Of a stretch of DNA of 64,000 nt, positions 8,919 through 19,123 are shown piece by piece (the stretch's first letter is position 1; every line of letters begins with the position of its first letter). Below the pieces are notes generated by a model that was not told the origin of the DNA, ran no database searches, and saw only the letters and a program-made list of their open reading frames with translations. Made by a program: the position numbers and the translations under genes. The stretch is from an uncultured Acidimicrobiaceae bacterium (GTDB lineage: Bacteria > Actinomycetota > Acidimicrobiia > Acidimicrobiales > SZUA-35). The DNA lies in NCBI GenBank assembly GCA_947259095.1, contig CAMYLA010000005.1:21028-85027 (forward strand). The letters run 5' to 3'.

Positions 8919-9698
8919 ATGAACGTCGTTGTTTGCGTGAAGCAGATCCCCGATCCCGCAGATCCCGGAGCCCTCGACCCCGAGACCAGGACCCTGAAGC
9001 GGGACGTCAAGCTCATACTCGATGAGTCCGATTCCTACGGCGTGGAGATGGCCCTGCAGCTGGTCGACGCCGCCGGCGAGGGCGAGGTGACCCTGGTGTC
9101 GATGGCCCCCAACGACGAGCGGTCCGGCCTGGCCACCGCCCTGGCCATGGGCGCATCGGCGGCCACCCTGATCTCCGATCCGGCGCTGCTTGGCTCGGAC
9201 GCATTGACAACGGCCAAGCTGTTGGGTGCGGCGATCGCCGAGCGAAGCCCCGATCTGGTGATCGCCGGTTCCGAGAGCTCGGATGGCTACACCGGGACCG
9301 TTCCCGAGCAGATCGCCGCAGTCCTGGATCTGCCGTCGGTCACCGCCGCCAAGTCCATCACCGTCGATGGCGCCGGGATCAAGGTCGAGCGCCAGACCGA
9401 CGCCGGCTACGACGATGTGGAATGCCCGATGCCGTGCGTGGTCAGCGTGACCGCCGGCGTGGTCGAGCCCCGGTACCCCTCGTTCAAGGGCATCATGGCC
9501 GCCAAGTCCAAGCCGGTCGACGCCAAGACCGCAGCCGATCTCGGTTTCGATGCCGACTCGGTCGGCTGGGCCGGTTCCGGCCAGGAGATCGTCGAGGTCT
9601 CCGAGGCCCCACAGCGCGAGGCCGGCGAGGTCATCGAGGACGACGGCGAGGCCTTCGGCCGAATCATTTCCTACCTTGAAGAACTGAAAGTCATCTGA
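8919..9698 (+). CDS. etfB: electron transfer flavoprotein beta subunit
   Basis: ATG at 8919 within ORF 8505..9698: MNVVVCVKQIPDPADPGALDPETRTLKRDVKLILDESDSYGVEMALQL.. Confidence 0.92.
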   Translation: MNVVVCVKQIPDPADPGALDPETRTLKRDVKLILDESDSYGVEMALQLVDAAGEGEVTLVSMAPNDERSGLATALAMGASAATLISDPALLGSDALTTAKLLGAAIAERSPDLVIAGSESSDGYTGTVPEQIAAVLDLPSVTAAKSITVDGAGIKVERQTDAGYDDVECPMPCVVSVTAGVVEPRYPSFKGIMAAKSKPVDAKTAADLGFDADSVGWAGSGQEIVEVSEAPQREAGEVIEDDGEAFGRIISYLEELKVI

Positions 9699-9711
9699 GG
9701 AGCGACGAACC

Positions 9712-10680
9712 ATGACTCTTTCCAAGATTTGGGTACTGGCCGAAGCGGTCGACGGTGAGGTGGCCTCCACCACACTGGAGATCCTGACCAAGGCCCGCGA
9801 TCTGGCCGACACCGTCGAGTGTGTCTACGTCGGCGACGACGCCGACGAGATCGCCGAGAAACTCGGCGAGTACGGCTGTGAGACCGTGCACCAGACCGGC
9901 GACCTCGAGGGTGCCCTGGTCGGCGTCCCCACCGCAGCGGCCATCGCCGCCGCGGTCGAGGAAGGCGACGGGCCGGACGCCATCCTCATGGGTACCTCCT
10001 ATAACGGCCGCGACACCGCGGCACGGCTGTCGGTCAAGCTCGACAAGACCGTCATCACCAACGTGGTCGACATCGAGGTCGATGGCGACAGCCTGGTCGG
10101 CACCGAGCCGATCTTCGGCGGCAACACCGACGTGAAGACCAGGTTCGGCGGCGACGGTCCCTACATCATGCTGGTCAGGCCGAAGTCGTTTGCGCCAGAG
10201 CCATCCGGCGGCGCTGCGGCCGACGTGGAAGACCTCGACGTCCCCGACCTCGGCGCGGCCGGGGGAGCAATCGTGACCGAGCGTCACGTCGAGGAGTCGG
10301 ACGGCCCCAAGCTGGACGAGGCGGGCCTTGTGGTTTCGGGCGGTCGAGGATTGGGCGATGCCGAGAAGTACTCGATGGTCGAGGATCTGGCCAAGGCCCT
10401 CGGTGGTGCCGCCGGCGCCTCACGGGCCATCGTCGACGCCGGCTGGGTGCCGTACTCCTACCAGGTCGGCCAGACCGGCAAGGTCGTCAAGCCGGACGTC
10501 TACGTCGCCTGCGGGATCTCCGGTGCCACCCAGCACCTGGTCGGCATGAAGGGCTCCAAGCACATCATCGCCATCAACAAGGATCCGGAGGCGCCGATCT
10601 TCGGTATCGCCGACCTGGGGATCGTCGGCGATGTGCACAAGGTGATGCCCCAGCTACTCGAAGCCCTGTCGAGCCGGTAG
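9712..10680 (+). CDS. etfA: electron transfer flavoprotein alpha subunit
   Basis: 322 aa: ..[67 protein letters not shown]. Confidence 0.92.
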   Translation: MTLSKIWVLAEAVDGEVASTTLEILTKARDLADTVECVYVGDDADEIAEKLGEYGCETVHQTGDLEGALVGVPTAAAIAAAVEEGDGPDAILMGTSYNGRDTAARLSVKLDKTVITNVVDIEVDGDSLVGTEPIFGGNTDVKTRFGGDGPYIMLVRPKSFAPEPSGGAAADVEDLDVPDLGAAGGAIVTERHVEESDGPKLDEAGLVVSGGRGLGDAEKYSMVEDLAKALGGAAGASRAIVDAGWVPYSYQVGQTGKVVKPDVYVACGISGATQHLVGMKGSKHIIAINKDPEAPIFGIADLGIVGDVHKVMPQLLEALSSR

Positions 10681-10705
10681 CGGCAGCCCCGGACAGCCCC
10701 GGGCC

Positions 10706-10721
10706 ACCGGCGGCCGCCGGT
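10706..10721 (+). terminator. perfect 16-bp GC palindrome downstream of etfA (possible hairpin-only terminator)
   Basis: ACCGGCGGCCGCCGGT at 10706-10721, 26 nt after the etfA stop. No T-tract follows. Confidence 0.25.
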
Positions 10722-10758
10722 ACGGGTGCGCGCCCGGGGGCACCGCTAGGCTCCGGCC

Positions 10759-12093
10759 ATGATCGATCAGCTGACAAACGAGACCGTCGAGCTGCTCCAG
10801 GCACTGATTCGAAACCAGTGCGTCAACGACGGAACGGCGCAGTCGGGATTCGAGGATCGCTCGGCCCGGCTGCTGCGCGACGAACTGGAGGGCACCGGGG
10901 TCGACATGGCGACGTTCGAACCCACCCCCGGACGCACCTCGCTCATCTGCCGGTGGCCGGGAACCGATCCCGCCGCCCCGGCCCTGTGCCTCATGGGCCA
11001 CACCGACGTGGTACCGGTTTCGCCTGACGGCTGGACCCAGGACCCCTTCGGCGGCGAGCTGATCGACGGTGAGATCTGGGGCCGGGGGGCGGTCGACATG
11101 TTGAACCTGACGGCCTCGATGGCCGTGGTGTTCCGCCACCTCGTGACCAGCGGCAAGCGGTACCCGGGCGACATCATCTACTTCGCCGTCGCCGACGAGG
11201 AGGCCGGTGGAATCCACGGGGCGGAGATCCTGGTGCCCCAGCAGTGGGACGCCCTCCGCTGCGACTATGTCCTCACCGAGTTCGGCGGCATACCGCTCTA
11301 CAGCCCCAAGGGTATGAGCCTGCTGATCACCACCGCCGAGAAGGGAATCGGCTGGCGGCGGCTGACCGTCAAGGGATCGCCGGGGCATGGCTCCATGCCG
11401 TACGGCACCGACAACGCTCTGGTCAAGGCGGCCGAGGTGGTCCGCCGGCTGAGCGAGTACCGGCCCACGCCGCAGCTCGACGAGTTGTGGGCGGCCAGGG
11501 TCAAGGCGATGGGCCTGCCTGACGAGCTTTCCCGCAAGCTGCTCGATCCGGGCCGGCTGGCCGAAGCGCTGACCGAGCTGCCGCCGGAGCTGGCGAGCAA
11601 CACCCACTCCTGCAGTCACACAACGTTCTCTCCGAACGTGATCAGCGGGGGAGTCAAGACCAATGTCATCCCGGACTCGGTGACGATCGAGGTCGACATC
11701 CGGACCCTCCCGGGCGAGGCGGCCGAGGATATCGACGCCCACATCCGGGCTGCGCTCGGCGACCTGGCCGATCAGGTCGAGACCGAGGTGATCCAAACCA
11801 ACCGATCCACCGCATCTCCGACCGACAACAAGCTGTGGGAGACCTTGTCATCGGCCATCGCCAACGCCTACCCCGAGGCCAAGGTCGTGCCCAGCATGGT
11901 CACCGGCGGCACCGATGCCCGATTCTTCCGCGACCAGGGCGCCATCGCCTACGGGGCCGGGCTGCTCAGCCCGTCGGTGGACACCGGTGAGTTCTTCCGC
12001 CGGTTCCACGGCCACGATGAACGCATCGACGTCGAATCACTGCGATTGACCTGCTCGCTGTGGCTCGACGTGGTCGACGGTCTCTGGAGCTGA
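10759..12093 (+). CDS. M20-family metallopeptidase / deacylase (ArgE/DapE/CPG2-like)
   Basis: 444 aa: LCLMGHTDVVPV..GRGAVDMLN..IIYFAVADEEAGG..FHGHDERIDVESL. Confidence 0.85.
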   Translation: MIDQLTNETVELLQALIRNQCVNDGTAQSGFEDRSARLLRDELEGTGVDMATFEPTPGRTSLICRWPGTDPAAPALCLMGHTDVVPVSPDGWTQDPFGGELIDGEIWGRGAVDMLNLTASMAVVFRHLVTSGKRYPGDIIYFAVADEEAGGIHGAEILVPQQWDALRCDYVLTEFGGIPLYSPKGMSLLITTAEKGIGWRRLTVKGSPGHGSMPYGTDNALVKAAEVVRRLSEYRPTPQLDELWAARVKAMGLPDELSRKLLDPGRLAEALTELPPELASNTHSCSHTTFSPNVISGGVKTNVIPDSVTIEVDIRTLPGEAAEDIDAHIRAALGDLADQVETEVIQTNRSTASPTDNKLWETLSSAIANAYPEAKVVPSMVTGGTDARFFRDQGAIAYGAGLLSPSVDTGEFFRRFHGHDERIDVESLRLTCSLWLDVVDGLWS

Positions 12094-12205
12094 CCCTCTC
12101 CCGGCCGCCCCGAACCGGGCCACCGGGGCAGAACCGCAGGGCCGGCCCGAAGTTGGGTCAGGGTCGCAAGTTTCTGCCGACCGGGGAAACTAGCCTTGGG
12201 GCCAG

Positions 12206-15200
12206 ATGGTCTCGGTGATGACGACTCCGGCAGGCGCGGCTGCGATTGACGCGCTCCAGCGGCGCCTCGATGTGCTTCGAGGCGGCAATGTGCTGGGCCC
12301 GGCAATGGTGATCTGCCCCTCCCCGGTGCTGGCGGTCGGTCTCCGGCGGGCGCTCGGCCGGAGACCGGAGGGGATCGCCGGGGCCCGATTCGTCACCGTC
12401 AACGAGTTCGCCGCGCACCTGGCCATGCCGGAGCTGGTCGCCGCCGGGTTGCGGGTTGCCGGCAAGGCCGAGATCGCCGCCGCCATCCGTGCCGAGCTCC
12501 ACGACCAGCCCGGTCGGTTCGGCAAGGTCGCAGACCACAGGACCACCGAGGATCGCCTGGCCGCGTTCCATCAGGAACTGATCGGGCTTCCCGAGGAGGT
12601 GCTGGACCGGCTGGCGGCCAACGCCGTCGGGTTGTCCGGCGATGCCCTGCGGGTCGTCCGGGCCGCGTCGGCCAGGATGGGCCGGGCCTGCGGCGGCGAT
12701 CGGCTGGTGGGGCTGGCCCTGGATCGTCTGGAACGGATGAGTCCGCAAACCTTGGGGCCGCTGCTGCTGTTCTTTCCCGAGCCGCTGCGGCCATACGAGG
12801 GCAGACTGATCCAGGCCCTGGCCCGCCGACCGGACTGCGAGGTGATGGTCGGGCTCACCGGGCTGGCCGCCACCGACGAGCGACACTTCGGTCGGTTGGC
12901 GGGCTGGAGCATCCAGGTTGCCGACTCGGCTCGGGGCGAATCGATGGTCGAGCCCCGCCGCGCCACCGTGCTCGATGTTGCCGATCCCGAGGAGGAGGTC
13001 AGGGCCGCGCTGCGGGACCTCACCGCCCACGCCGCAGCCGGCGTCACCCTGAACGACATGGCGGTGCTGTACACCGCGGCCGAGCCGTACGCCCAGCTGC
13101 TGGTCGACCACTTCGACGGCGCCGGCCTGCCGTTCTGCGGGCCCGGTCATCGGCGGCTGGCCAACTCGCTGGCGGGGCGGACGCTGCGCCGGCTGCTCGG
13201 TCTGGCGGTCCGGGGACTGGAACGGGAGGCGGTGATCACCCTGCTGAGTGCGGCCCCGATCGACGATGGTTGCGGGGTCGAGGTCCCGGCCGCCTCCTGG
13301 GACCGGCTGTCCCGGCAGGCCGGCGTGATCGACGGTGAGCACTGGATCCCCCGGTTGGCCGAGCTGGCCGGTGGCACCGAGGACGAGCTGTCCAAGAAGG
13401 CGACGGTGGCCCTGTCCCGGTTCGTGGAGGAGTTGGCCGGGAACCTCCAACCGCCGGATGAGCGGACCTGGCAGGCCTGGTCGGGGTGGGCCACCGGCCT
13501 GCTGCAGCGGTACCTGCTCCAGACGGTTCCGGGCATCGGCCCGACGTCGACCGATCGGCGGCCGACGTGGCCGGAGGTGGAAATCCAGGCCTACGACCTG
13601 GTCCGCCGTCGGTTGGGTGGGCTGGTCGACCTCGACGAGTTCGGTCGCCCGCCGACCCTCGACAGCTTCGAGGCCACCGTGGTCAACGAGCTGACCGGGG
13701 CGGTCGTTCCCGGCCGGCCGCTCGGCAACGGCGTCTATGTCGGTCCGGTCGATTCGGTTGCCGGGTTGGGATTCGAGCGAATCACCATCGTCGGGCTGAC
13801 CGAGGGTGTCTTTCCCCGGACCCCCCGGGAGGACTCGCTGCTGCCGGACCAGCTCCGGGCGACCGGCTCTGGCATGCTGATCGAGAAATCGGCGGTGACC
13901 GACGTCGACATCCGGTCGGTGGCGTTGGCGTCGGCGGCCTCCCGCCGGCCGGCGCTGCTGTTGAGCTCCCGGGGCGACCTGCGAAGCAACCGGTCGCGAT
14001 CGTGGCCTCGGGTGTTGAACGGGCTGGTCGACAACCGGCTCAGCCTCGACTCCCATCATCAGGGCCTGGTCGACCATGGCCGCCCGGCCGGGGTCGACGA
14101 CTTCGGTCTGCGATCGCTGATCGTGCACGTCGACAACGACAACCCGGTCCAGACCCATGAGCTGGCGCTCAGTGACCCGGTGCTGGCCGCCAACCTGCAG
14201 CGGATCGGGAACCGCGATCGCCAGGAGATGACACGCCACGTCGGCAGGGTTCCGGCCGGTCGGGTCGATCCGACCGAGCGGCTGCTGTCGCCGACCGCGC
14301 TCGAAACCTACGCCTCCTGTCCCCGCAAGTACCTGTTCCAGCGGGTCCTGCGACTTGGCGAGGACGAGCGCCCGGAGCGGATCGACGAGATCACCGCCCG
14401 AGATCGCGGCACGCTGATCCATCGGGTGCTCGAACGGTTCATCTCCGATGCGCTGGCCGACGACGACGTGCCGGAGCCCGGGACGCCGTGGTCGGTGGAG
14501 CGCCGGGTCCACCTGTTCGATCTGCTGGAATCGGAGATCAAGTCGGCGGCCACCAGAGGGGTCACCGGTGGTCAGGTCAAGACCAGGCTGCTGCATCGCT
14601 CGCTTTTCAACGAGCTGCTCGACTTCCTCGATACCGACGATGCGCTGCGAGCCGAGCGGCGCTCGGTCCCCTATGCCGCCGAGTACTCCTTCGGCTTCGA
14701 AGACAGCCCGGCGCTGGAGGGCCTGTGGGCCGGGCGGCGTATGCAGCTCCGGGGCTCGGTCGACCGGGTCGACCTGACCGAGGACGGCGGGCTCCTGGTC
14801 ATCGACTACAAGGGCGGCTCCAAGCGGCCGTTCGAGGGGATGGAGGCCAACCCGCTCAACGACGGTCGACGGCTCCAACTCCCGCTGTACGCCAGAGCGG
14901 TTGCCGAGCGGCTGGAACGCCGCGGCGAGCGAACCGGGCTGTACTGGCTGACCAAGGCCAACGAGATCAAGGAGATGGTGCTCGACGAGGGCTTGGAGGC
15001 CGACCTCGAGCAGGCGGTGGGGGCGGCGCTCGACGGCATCGGCGACGGGGTGTTCCCCGGGGTGCCGGGGGAGGTGGTCGGCTGGCCCCGACTGAGCTTC
15101 GAGAACTGCAAGTACTGCGACTTCGATCGGATCTGCCCCACCGACCGCCAGAGCGAATGGGAACGGGTGCGATTCGACACCGCACTGACCCCGATCGATC

Positions 15201-15325
15201 TGCTGCTGGGACGGCTCGACGACGCACTGCTGGCCGAAGGGTCCGATGGCGACGGCGCGGGCCCGCTCGACCCGGCCGGCGCCGCCGGGGGCCGGCCGCC
15301 GGTCGAGCGCCGCAAGGACCGATGA
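12206..15325 (+). CDS. adnA: AdnA-like subunit of the AdnAB helicase-nuclease (inactive-type helicase body plus C-terminal RecB/Cas4-type Fe-S nuclease)
   Basis: 1039 aa. C-terminus reads VIDYKGG..SFENCKYCDFDRICP. It is followed, with an ATGA overlap, by a UvrD-type helicase-nuclease gene. Confidence 0.8.
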   Translation: MVSVMTTPAGAAAIDALQRRLDVLRGGNVLGPAMVICPSPVLAVGLRRALGRRPEGIAGARFVTVNEFAAHLAMPELVAAGLRVAGKAEIAAAIRAELHDQPGRFGKVADHRTTEDRLAAFHQELIGLPEEVLDRLAANAVGLSGDALRVVRAASARMGRACGGDRLVGLALDRLERMSPQTLGPLLLFFPEPLRPYEGRLIQALARRPDCEVMVGLTGLAATDERHFGRLAGWSIQVADSARGESMVEPRRATVLDVADPEEEVRAALRDLTAHAAAGVTLNDMAVLYTAAEPYAQLLVDHFDGAGLPFCGPGHRRLANSLAGRTLRRLLGLAVRGLEREAVITLLSAAPIDDGCGVEVPAASWDRLSRQAGVIDGEHWIPRLAELAGGTEDELSKKATVALSRFVEELAGNLQPPDERTWQAWSGWATGLLQRYLLQTVPGIGPTSTDRRPTWPEVEIQAYDLVRRRLGGLVDLDEFGRPPTLDSFEATVVNELTGAVVPGRPLGNGVYVGPVDSVAGLGFERITIVGLTEGVFPRTPREDSLLPDQLRATGSGMLIEKSAVTDVDIRSVALASAASRRPALLLSSRGDLRSNRSRSWPRVLNGLVDNRLSLDSHHQGLVDHGRPAGVDDFGLRSLIVHVDNDNPVQTHELALSDPVLAANLQRIGNRDRQEMTRHVGRVPAGRVDPTERLLSPTALETYASCPRKYLFQRVLRLGEDERPERIDEITARDRGTLIHRVLERFISDALADDDVPEPGTPWSVERRVHLFDLLESEIKSAATRGVTGGQVKTRLLHRSLFNELLDFLDTDDALRAERRSVPYAAEYSFGFEDSPALEGLWAGRRMQLRGSVDRVDLTEDGGLLVIDYKGGSKRPFEGMEANPLNDGRRLQLPLYARAVAERLERRGERTGLYWLTKANEIKEMVLDEGLEADLEQAVGAALDGIGDGVFPGVPGEVVGWPRLSFENCKYCDFDRICPTDRQSEWERVRFDTALTPIDLLLGRLDDALLAEGSDGDGAGPLDPAGAAGGRPPVERRKDR

Positions 15326-18300
15326 GCGGGGCGAACGGCTTCGACGCGCCGGAGTTGGTCGATCACGATGATCGGCGGATCATCACCAGGGGCCTCGATC
15401 GATCGCTGTTCGTCGAGGCCGGTGCCGGCAGCGGCAAGACCTCCTCGCTGGTGGAGCGGATCGTCAATCTGGTCGACGTCGACGGGGTGCCCATCACCAG
15501 GATCGCCGCCATCACCTTCACCGAGGCGGCGGCCAGTGAGCTGCGGACCCGGGTTCGCGACGCCCTGGAGCAACGCAGCGTCGATGCCCGCAACGTGGCG
15601 TTGGAGGTGGCTGCGGGCCAGGTCGAGTCCGCAGCGTTCTCGACCCTCCACAGCTTTGCCCTGCGGATCTTGAGTGACCATCCGATCGAGGCCGGGTTGC
15701 CGCCCGGGTTCGGGGTGGTCGACGAGATCACCAGCACCCTGGAGTTCGACGAGAGCTGGCGGGTCTTCCTCGGTCAGGTCGGTGACGACATGACGCTGCT
15801 CGATCTGCAGGAGCGGGCGGCGGCGATGGCCATCGAGCTGCGTCATTTCGCCGGGGTGGCCCGGCGGTTCGACGACAACTGGGACCTGCTGGACCGGGTC
15901 GGTCCCGACCCGACGCCGCTGAGCGACATCGTGTTCGACGACCTGCTGGCCGGCCTCGACGAACTGAAGGGCCTGGCCGGGCTGTGCGCGGTCGGGGAGG
16001 ACCGGTATCTGGAGCGGCTCGACGGCTACATCGACCAGGTCGAGGCCATGATCGATGCCGAGCCGATCGATCAGGTCCAGACGTTCCGCCAACTGAGGCC
16101 ACCGCCGAAGAACTGGGGCAAGGCCGCCAGCTGGCGGACCCCGGGTTTGGAGCATGTCCGGACCGGCGTCCAGGCGTTCAACGGCCGCCTGCTGGAGCGG
16201 GTCGACCTCTATCGACGCGAGGTCATGGAGTACTTCATCACCCTGGTCGCCGAGTTCGTTGCCGGCCGGGTGGAGCAGCGCCAGGCCAAGGGGGAGCTGG
16301 CGTTCCACGACCTGCTGGTGCTGGCCCGACGGCTGTTGCGAACCGACGAGGTGGTACGCAGGACGCTCCACCAGCGCTACACCCGGATCCTGCTCGACGA
16401 GTTCCAGGACACCGATCCGATCCAGATCGAGCTGGCGGTGTTGCTGGCATCCTCCGAGCCGGTTGGCTCCACCCCCTGGCGGGAGCTGGCCGCCGATCTG
16501 CCGTCGGGCAGGCTGGTGGTGGTCGGTGACCCAAAGCAGTCGATCTACCGGTTCCGTCGGGCCGACATCGGCGTCTATAGCGAGACCGAGCAGGTGCTGG
16601 TCGATGAGTCATGCCGCCTGACCACCAACTTCCGATCGGTTCCCGGGGTTCTGGCCTGGGTCAATCAGGTCTTCGAGCAGACCATGGGAGAGGGCGAGCC
16701 GGGCAAGCAGCCGCCGTATGTGGCGCTGACGCCGGCCAGGGCCCCGGCCCCAGACGGCGCGGTCCCGGTGACCGTGCTGGGCGGCCCCCACGACCGGTCG
16801 ACCAAGATCCACCGGATCCGCGAGCTCGAGGGGCTCGACGTGGCAGCCATCACCTGTCGGATCATGGAGGAGCAGTGGCCCGTCTTCCGAGACGGTCAAT
16901 GGTTGCCGGCCCGACTCAAGGACATCGCGGTCCTGATTCCCTCCCGGCTGTCACTGCCATCGCTGGAGGCGGCCTTCGCCGCAACCAACGTGCCATACCG
17001 ACCGGAGACGAATTCCCTCGTCTATGCCACCCAGGAGGTTCGCGATGTACTGGCCGGGGTTCGGGCGGTGGTCAATCCGACCAATTCCGTCGACGTGGTG
17101 GCAACACTGCGGTCGGCGCTGTTCGCCGTCGGCGACGATGAGCTGCTGGAGTGGAAACTGGCCGGCGGCTCCTGGGACTACCGGCACCCCACACCGGCCG
17201 ATGAGCCCGCCTCGAGCGGGCCAGGAGACCAGGATCCGGATCCGATCGCGGACCGGCCCGAGGCGCTCCACGACTTGGTCGACTCGACGTTGGGTGGCCT
17301 GGACAACGCGGTCGGCGAGGCGTTCGCCGTGCTCCGCCGGTGGCACGACGACCGGTGGTGGTACGACCCGGCCACACTGATCGATCGGATCGTCCGGGAA
17401 CGCCGGCTGCGGGAGAGCGCACTGGCCGAACCGAGGCCCCGCGACCGCTGGCGCCGCTACCGGTTCCTGGCCGAACAGGCCCGGGAGTTCGCCGAAACGC
17501 AGGGCGGGGATCTGCACGACTTCGTGGACTGGGTGGAGATCCAATCCAGCGACATGGCTCGGGTCACCGAGCCGATCCCGGCCGAGCCGGACGACGATGC
17601 GGTCCGGGTGCTGACCATCCACGGGGCCAAGGGTCTGGAATTCCCGGTGGTCATCCTGGCCGGGGCACCAACCGAGGAGTCACGGGGTCGGGCCGGGCCG
17701 CAGGTGATCTTTCCTCCCGGCGACCGCCCCCAGGTCAAGCTCGGCGCCGATCGGCGAACCGCCGACTTCGACGTGCACGCCTCGATGGAGGAGATACTCG
17801 ACTCCTACGAGCGCATCCGGCTCCACTATGTCGCCGCCACCCGGGCTCGGGACCATCTGATCGTCAGCGCCCACCACAAGGCCGGCGGGCGTCAGAGCAT
17901 CGGTGGCCGGACTTGGGAGGCCGCCGCTGGTTGCCAGGACCTGTGGCGGGGTTTCGAGCGGCGAGGCGACGAGCACTATGCGGCCCAACCACCCACCCAG
18001 CTGCGGCTGGCCGACGGTGGCTTCGTGGACGGGCTGGCCCGGTGGTCGGGGATCCAAAATCGGTTGCTGACCACCTCAGCCGCAGCCCGTCACCGGTCGG
18101 CCACCGGACTGGCCCGCTCGGTCGCAGCGCCGACCGGCGGGAACGACACGATGACCGGGGGCCTGGCCGGCCAACCGTTGCCACCCGATGCCGATGGTCG
18201 GCCGTCACACGAGCAGCCAACGGCTGCACCAGGCCATGCCCAGGACCGGTGGCGGGCCGAGGGGCTTGGCGCTGCGGTCGGCTCGGCGGTCCACGCCGCC

Positions 18301-18789
18301 CTGGAGCTGGTCGACTTCGGCTACCCCCGGGATCTGACGGCCCTGGCCGAGACCTCGGCTGCGGTCGAGGGCGTCGCCGATCTGGCGCCCGAGGTCGAGG
18401 CTCGGCTGCGGTCGGCCCTCGAGGCGCCGACAGTACAGCTGGCCGGAACCTCAGCCCATTGGCGGGAGTTGTACGTGGCCATCCCGGCCGGGCAGGGCAC
18501 CGTCGAGGGATTCGTCGACCTCTGTGTCGACACAGAGGACGGCCTGATCGTGGTGGACTACAAGACCGACGAGCTCACCGGACCGGATGCGGTGGCGGTC
18601 AAGGTCGCCGACTATCGCATCCAGGGGGCAACCTACGCCGTGGCACTGGAGCATTTGACGAAGCGCAAGGTGGCGGCCTGCCGTTTCCTGTTCCTCGGCG
18701 TCGACGGCGTGATCGAAGCCGACATCGACGACCTGGCCGAGGCCATGGCCGAGGTTCGTCAGCTGCTCAGCATCGACGAGTCGCCGTAG
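15322..18789 (+). CDS. adnB: AdnB-like UvrD/Rep-family helicase with C-terminal RecB-type nuclease
   Basis: ATG at 15322 inside ORF 14488..18789: MSGANGF..FVEAGAGSGKTSSLVERI..ILLDEFQDTDPIQ..VVVGDPKQSIYRFRRAD..VLTIHGAKGLEFPVV..VDYKTD. Confidence 0.88.
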   Translation: MSGANGFDAPELVDHDDRRIITRGLDRSLFVEAGAGSGKTSSLVERIVNLVDVDGVPITRIAAITFTEAAASELRTRVRDALEQRSVDARNVALEVAAGQVESAAFSTLHSFALRILSDHPIEAGLPPGFGVVDEITSTLEFDESWRVFLGQVGDDMTLLDLQERAAAMAIELRHFAGVARRFDDNWDLLDRVGPDPTPLSDIVFDDLLAGLDELKGLAGLCAVGEDRYLERLDGYIDQVEAMIDAEPIDQVQTFRQLRPPPKNWGKAASWRTPGLEHVRTGVQAFNGRLLERVDLYRREVMEYFITLVAEFVAGRVEQRQAKGELAFHDLLVLARRLLRTDEVVRRTLHQRYTRILLDEFQDTDPIQIELAVLLASSEPVGSTPWRELAADLPSGRLVVVGDPKQSIYRFRRADIGVYSETEQVLVDESCRLTTNFRSVPGVLAWVNQVFEQTMGEGEPGKQPPYVALTPARAPAPDGAVPVTVLGGPHDRSTKIHRIRELEGLDVAAITCRIMEEQWPVFRDGQWLPARLKDIAVLIPSRLSLPSLEAAFAATNVPYRPETNSLVYATQEVRDVLAGVRAVVNPTNSVDVVATLRSALFAVGDDELLEWKLAGGSWDYRHPTPADEPASSGPGDQDPDPIADRPEALHDLVDSTLGGLDNAVGEAFAVLRRWHDDRWWYDPATLIDRIVRERRLRESALAEPRPRDRWRRYRFLAEQAREFAETQGGDLHDFVDWVEIQSSDMARVTEPIPAEPDDDAVRVLTIHGAKGLEFPVVILAGAPTEESRGRAGPQVIFPPGDRPQVKLGADRRTADFDVHASMEEILDSYERIRLHYVAATRARDHLIVSAHHKAGGRQSIGGRTWEAAAGCQDLWRGFERRGDEHYAAQPPTQLRLADGGFVDGLARWSGIQNRLLTTSAAARHRSATGLARSVAAPTGGNDTMTGGLAGQPLPPDADGRPSHEQPTAAPGHAQDRWRAEGLGAAVGSAVHAALELVDFGYPRDLTALAETSAAVEGVADLAPEVEARLRSALEAPTVQLAGTSAHWRELYVAIPAGQGTVEGFVDLCVDTEDGLIVVDYKTDELTGPDAVAVKVADYRIQGATYAVALEHLTKRKVAACRFLFLGVDGVIEADIDDLAEAMAEVRQLLSIDESP

Positions 18790-18938
18790 CCGCAGCCGGC
18801 GCACGGCGTTGGACCGTAGTGGGTGACGTGGTCGGTCCAGGTGTTGCCGTCGAAATAGCGGAGATTGTGCTGATGGTTGGGATCGGGAAACCACCCGGGC
18901 TCGGTGACGTCCAGTGCGGGGTGATCGATGACGGCCAT
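18759..18938 (-). CDS. small DUF2510-domain protein
   Basis: 59 aa from ATG at 18938: MAVIDHPALDVTEPGWFPDPNHQHNLRYFDGNTWTDHVTHYGPTPCAGCGYGD.. Third-position G/C bias is strong. The 3' end overlaps the adnB 3' end by 31 nt in antisense. Confidence 0.6.
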   Translation of the reverse strand: MAVIDHPALDVTEPGWFPDPNHQHNLRYFDGNTWTDHVTHYGPTPCAGCGYGDSSMLSS

Positions 18939-19123
18939 TGAACTGATCCTGGTTCGACTATGTTTCGGGGCTCGAAGGCTCGCCCCGTTCCCCTGTTGAG
19001 AGATCGGTCGGTCGGTTCGGATACTTGAGACCGAAGGGACTCGGTGCGACGAGATGGCCACAACATGGCGACAATATGGCGACGACCGGCATGACCAGCC
19101 GGGGCCGGTGGCGGGCGATCGGC

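Noticed and set aside
12094-12205. SOS (LexA box TCGAAC-N4-GTTCGA) or RecA-independent promoter motif upstream of adnA
   Set aside because: No acceptable match to either motif was found in the 112-bp upstream region.
14488-15321. 5' extension of the adnB ORF (ORF track start 14488)
   Set aside because: The extension is R/G/A-rich nonsense that overlaps the well-supported adnA frame. The recognisable protein begins at the ATG at 15322, which overlaps the adnA stop as ATGA.
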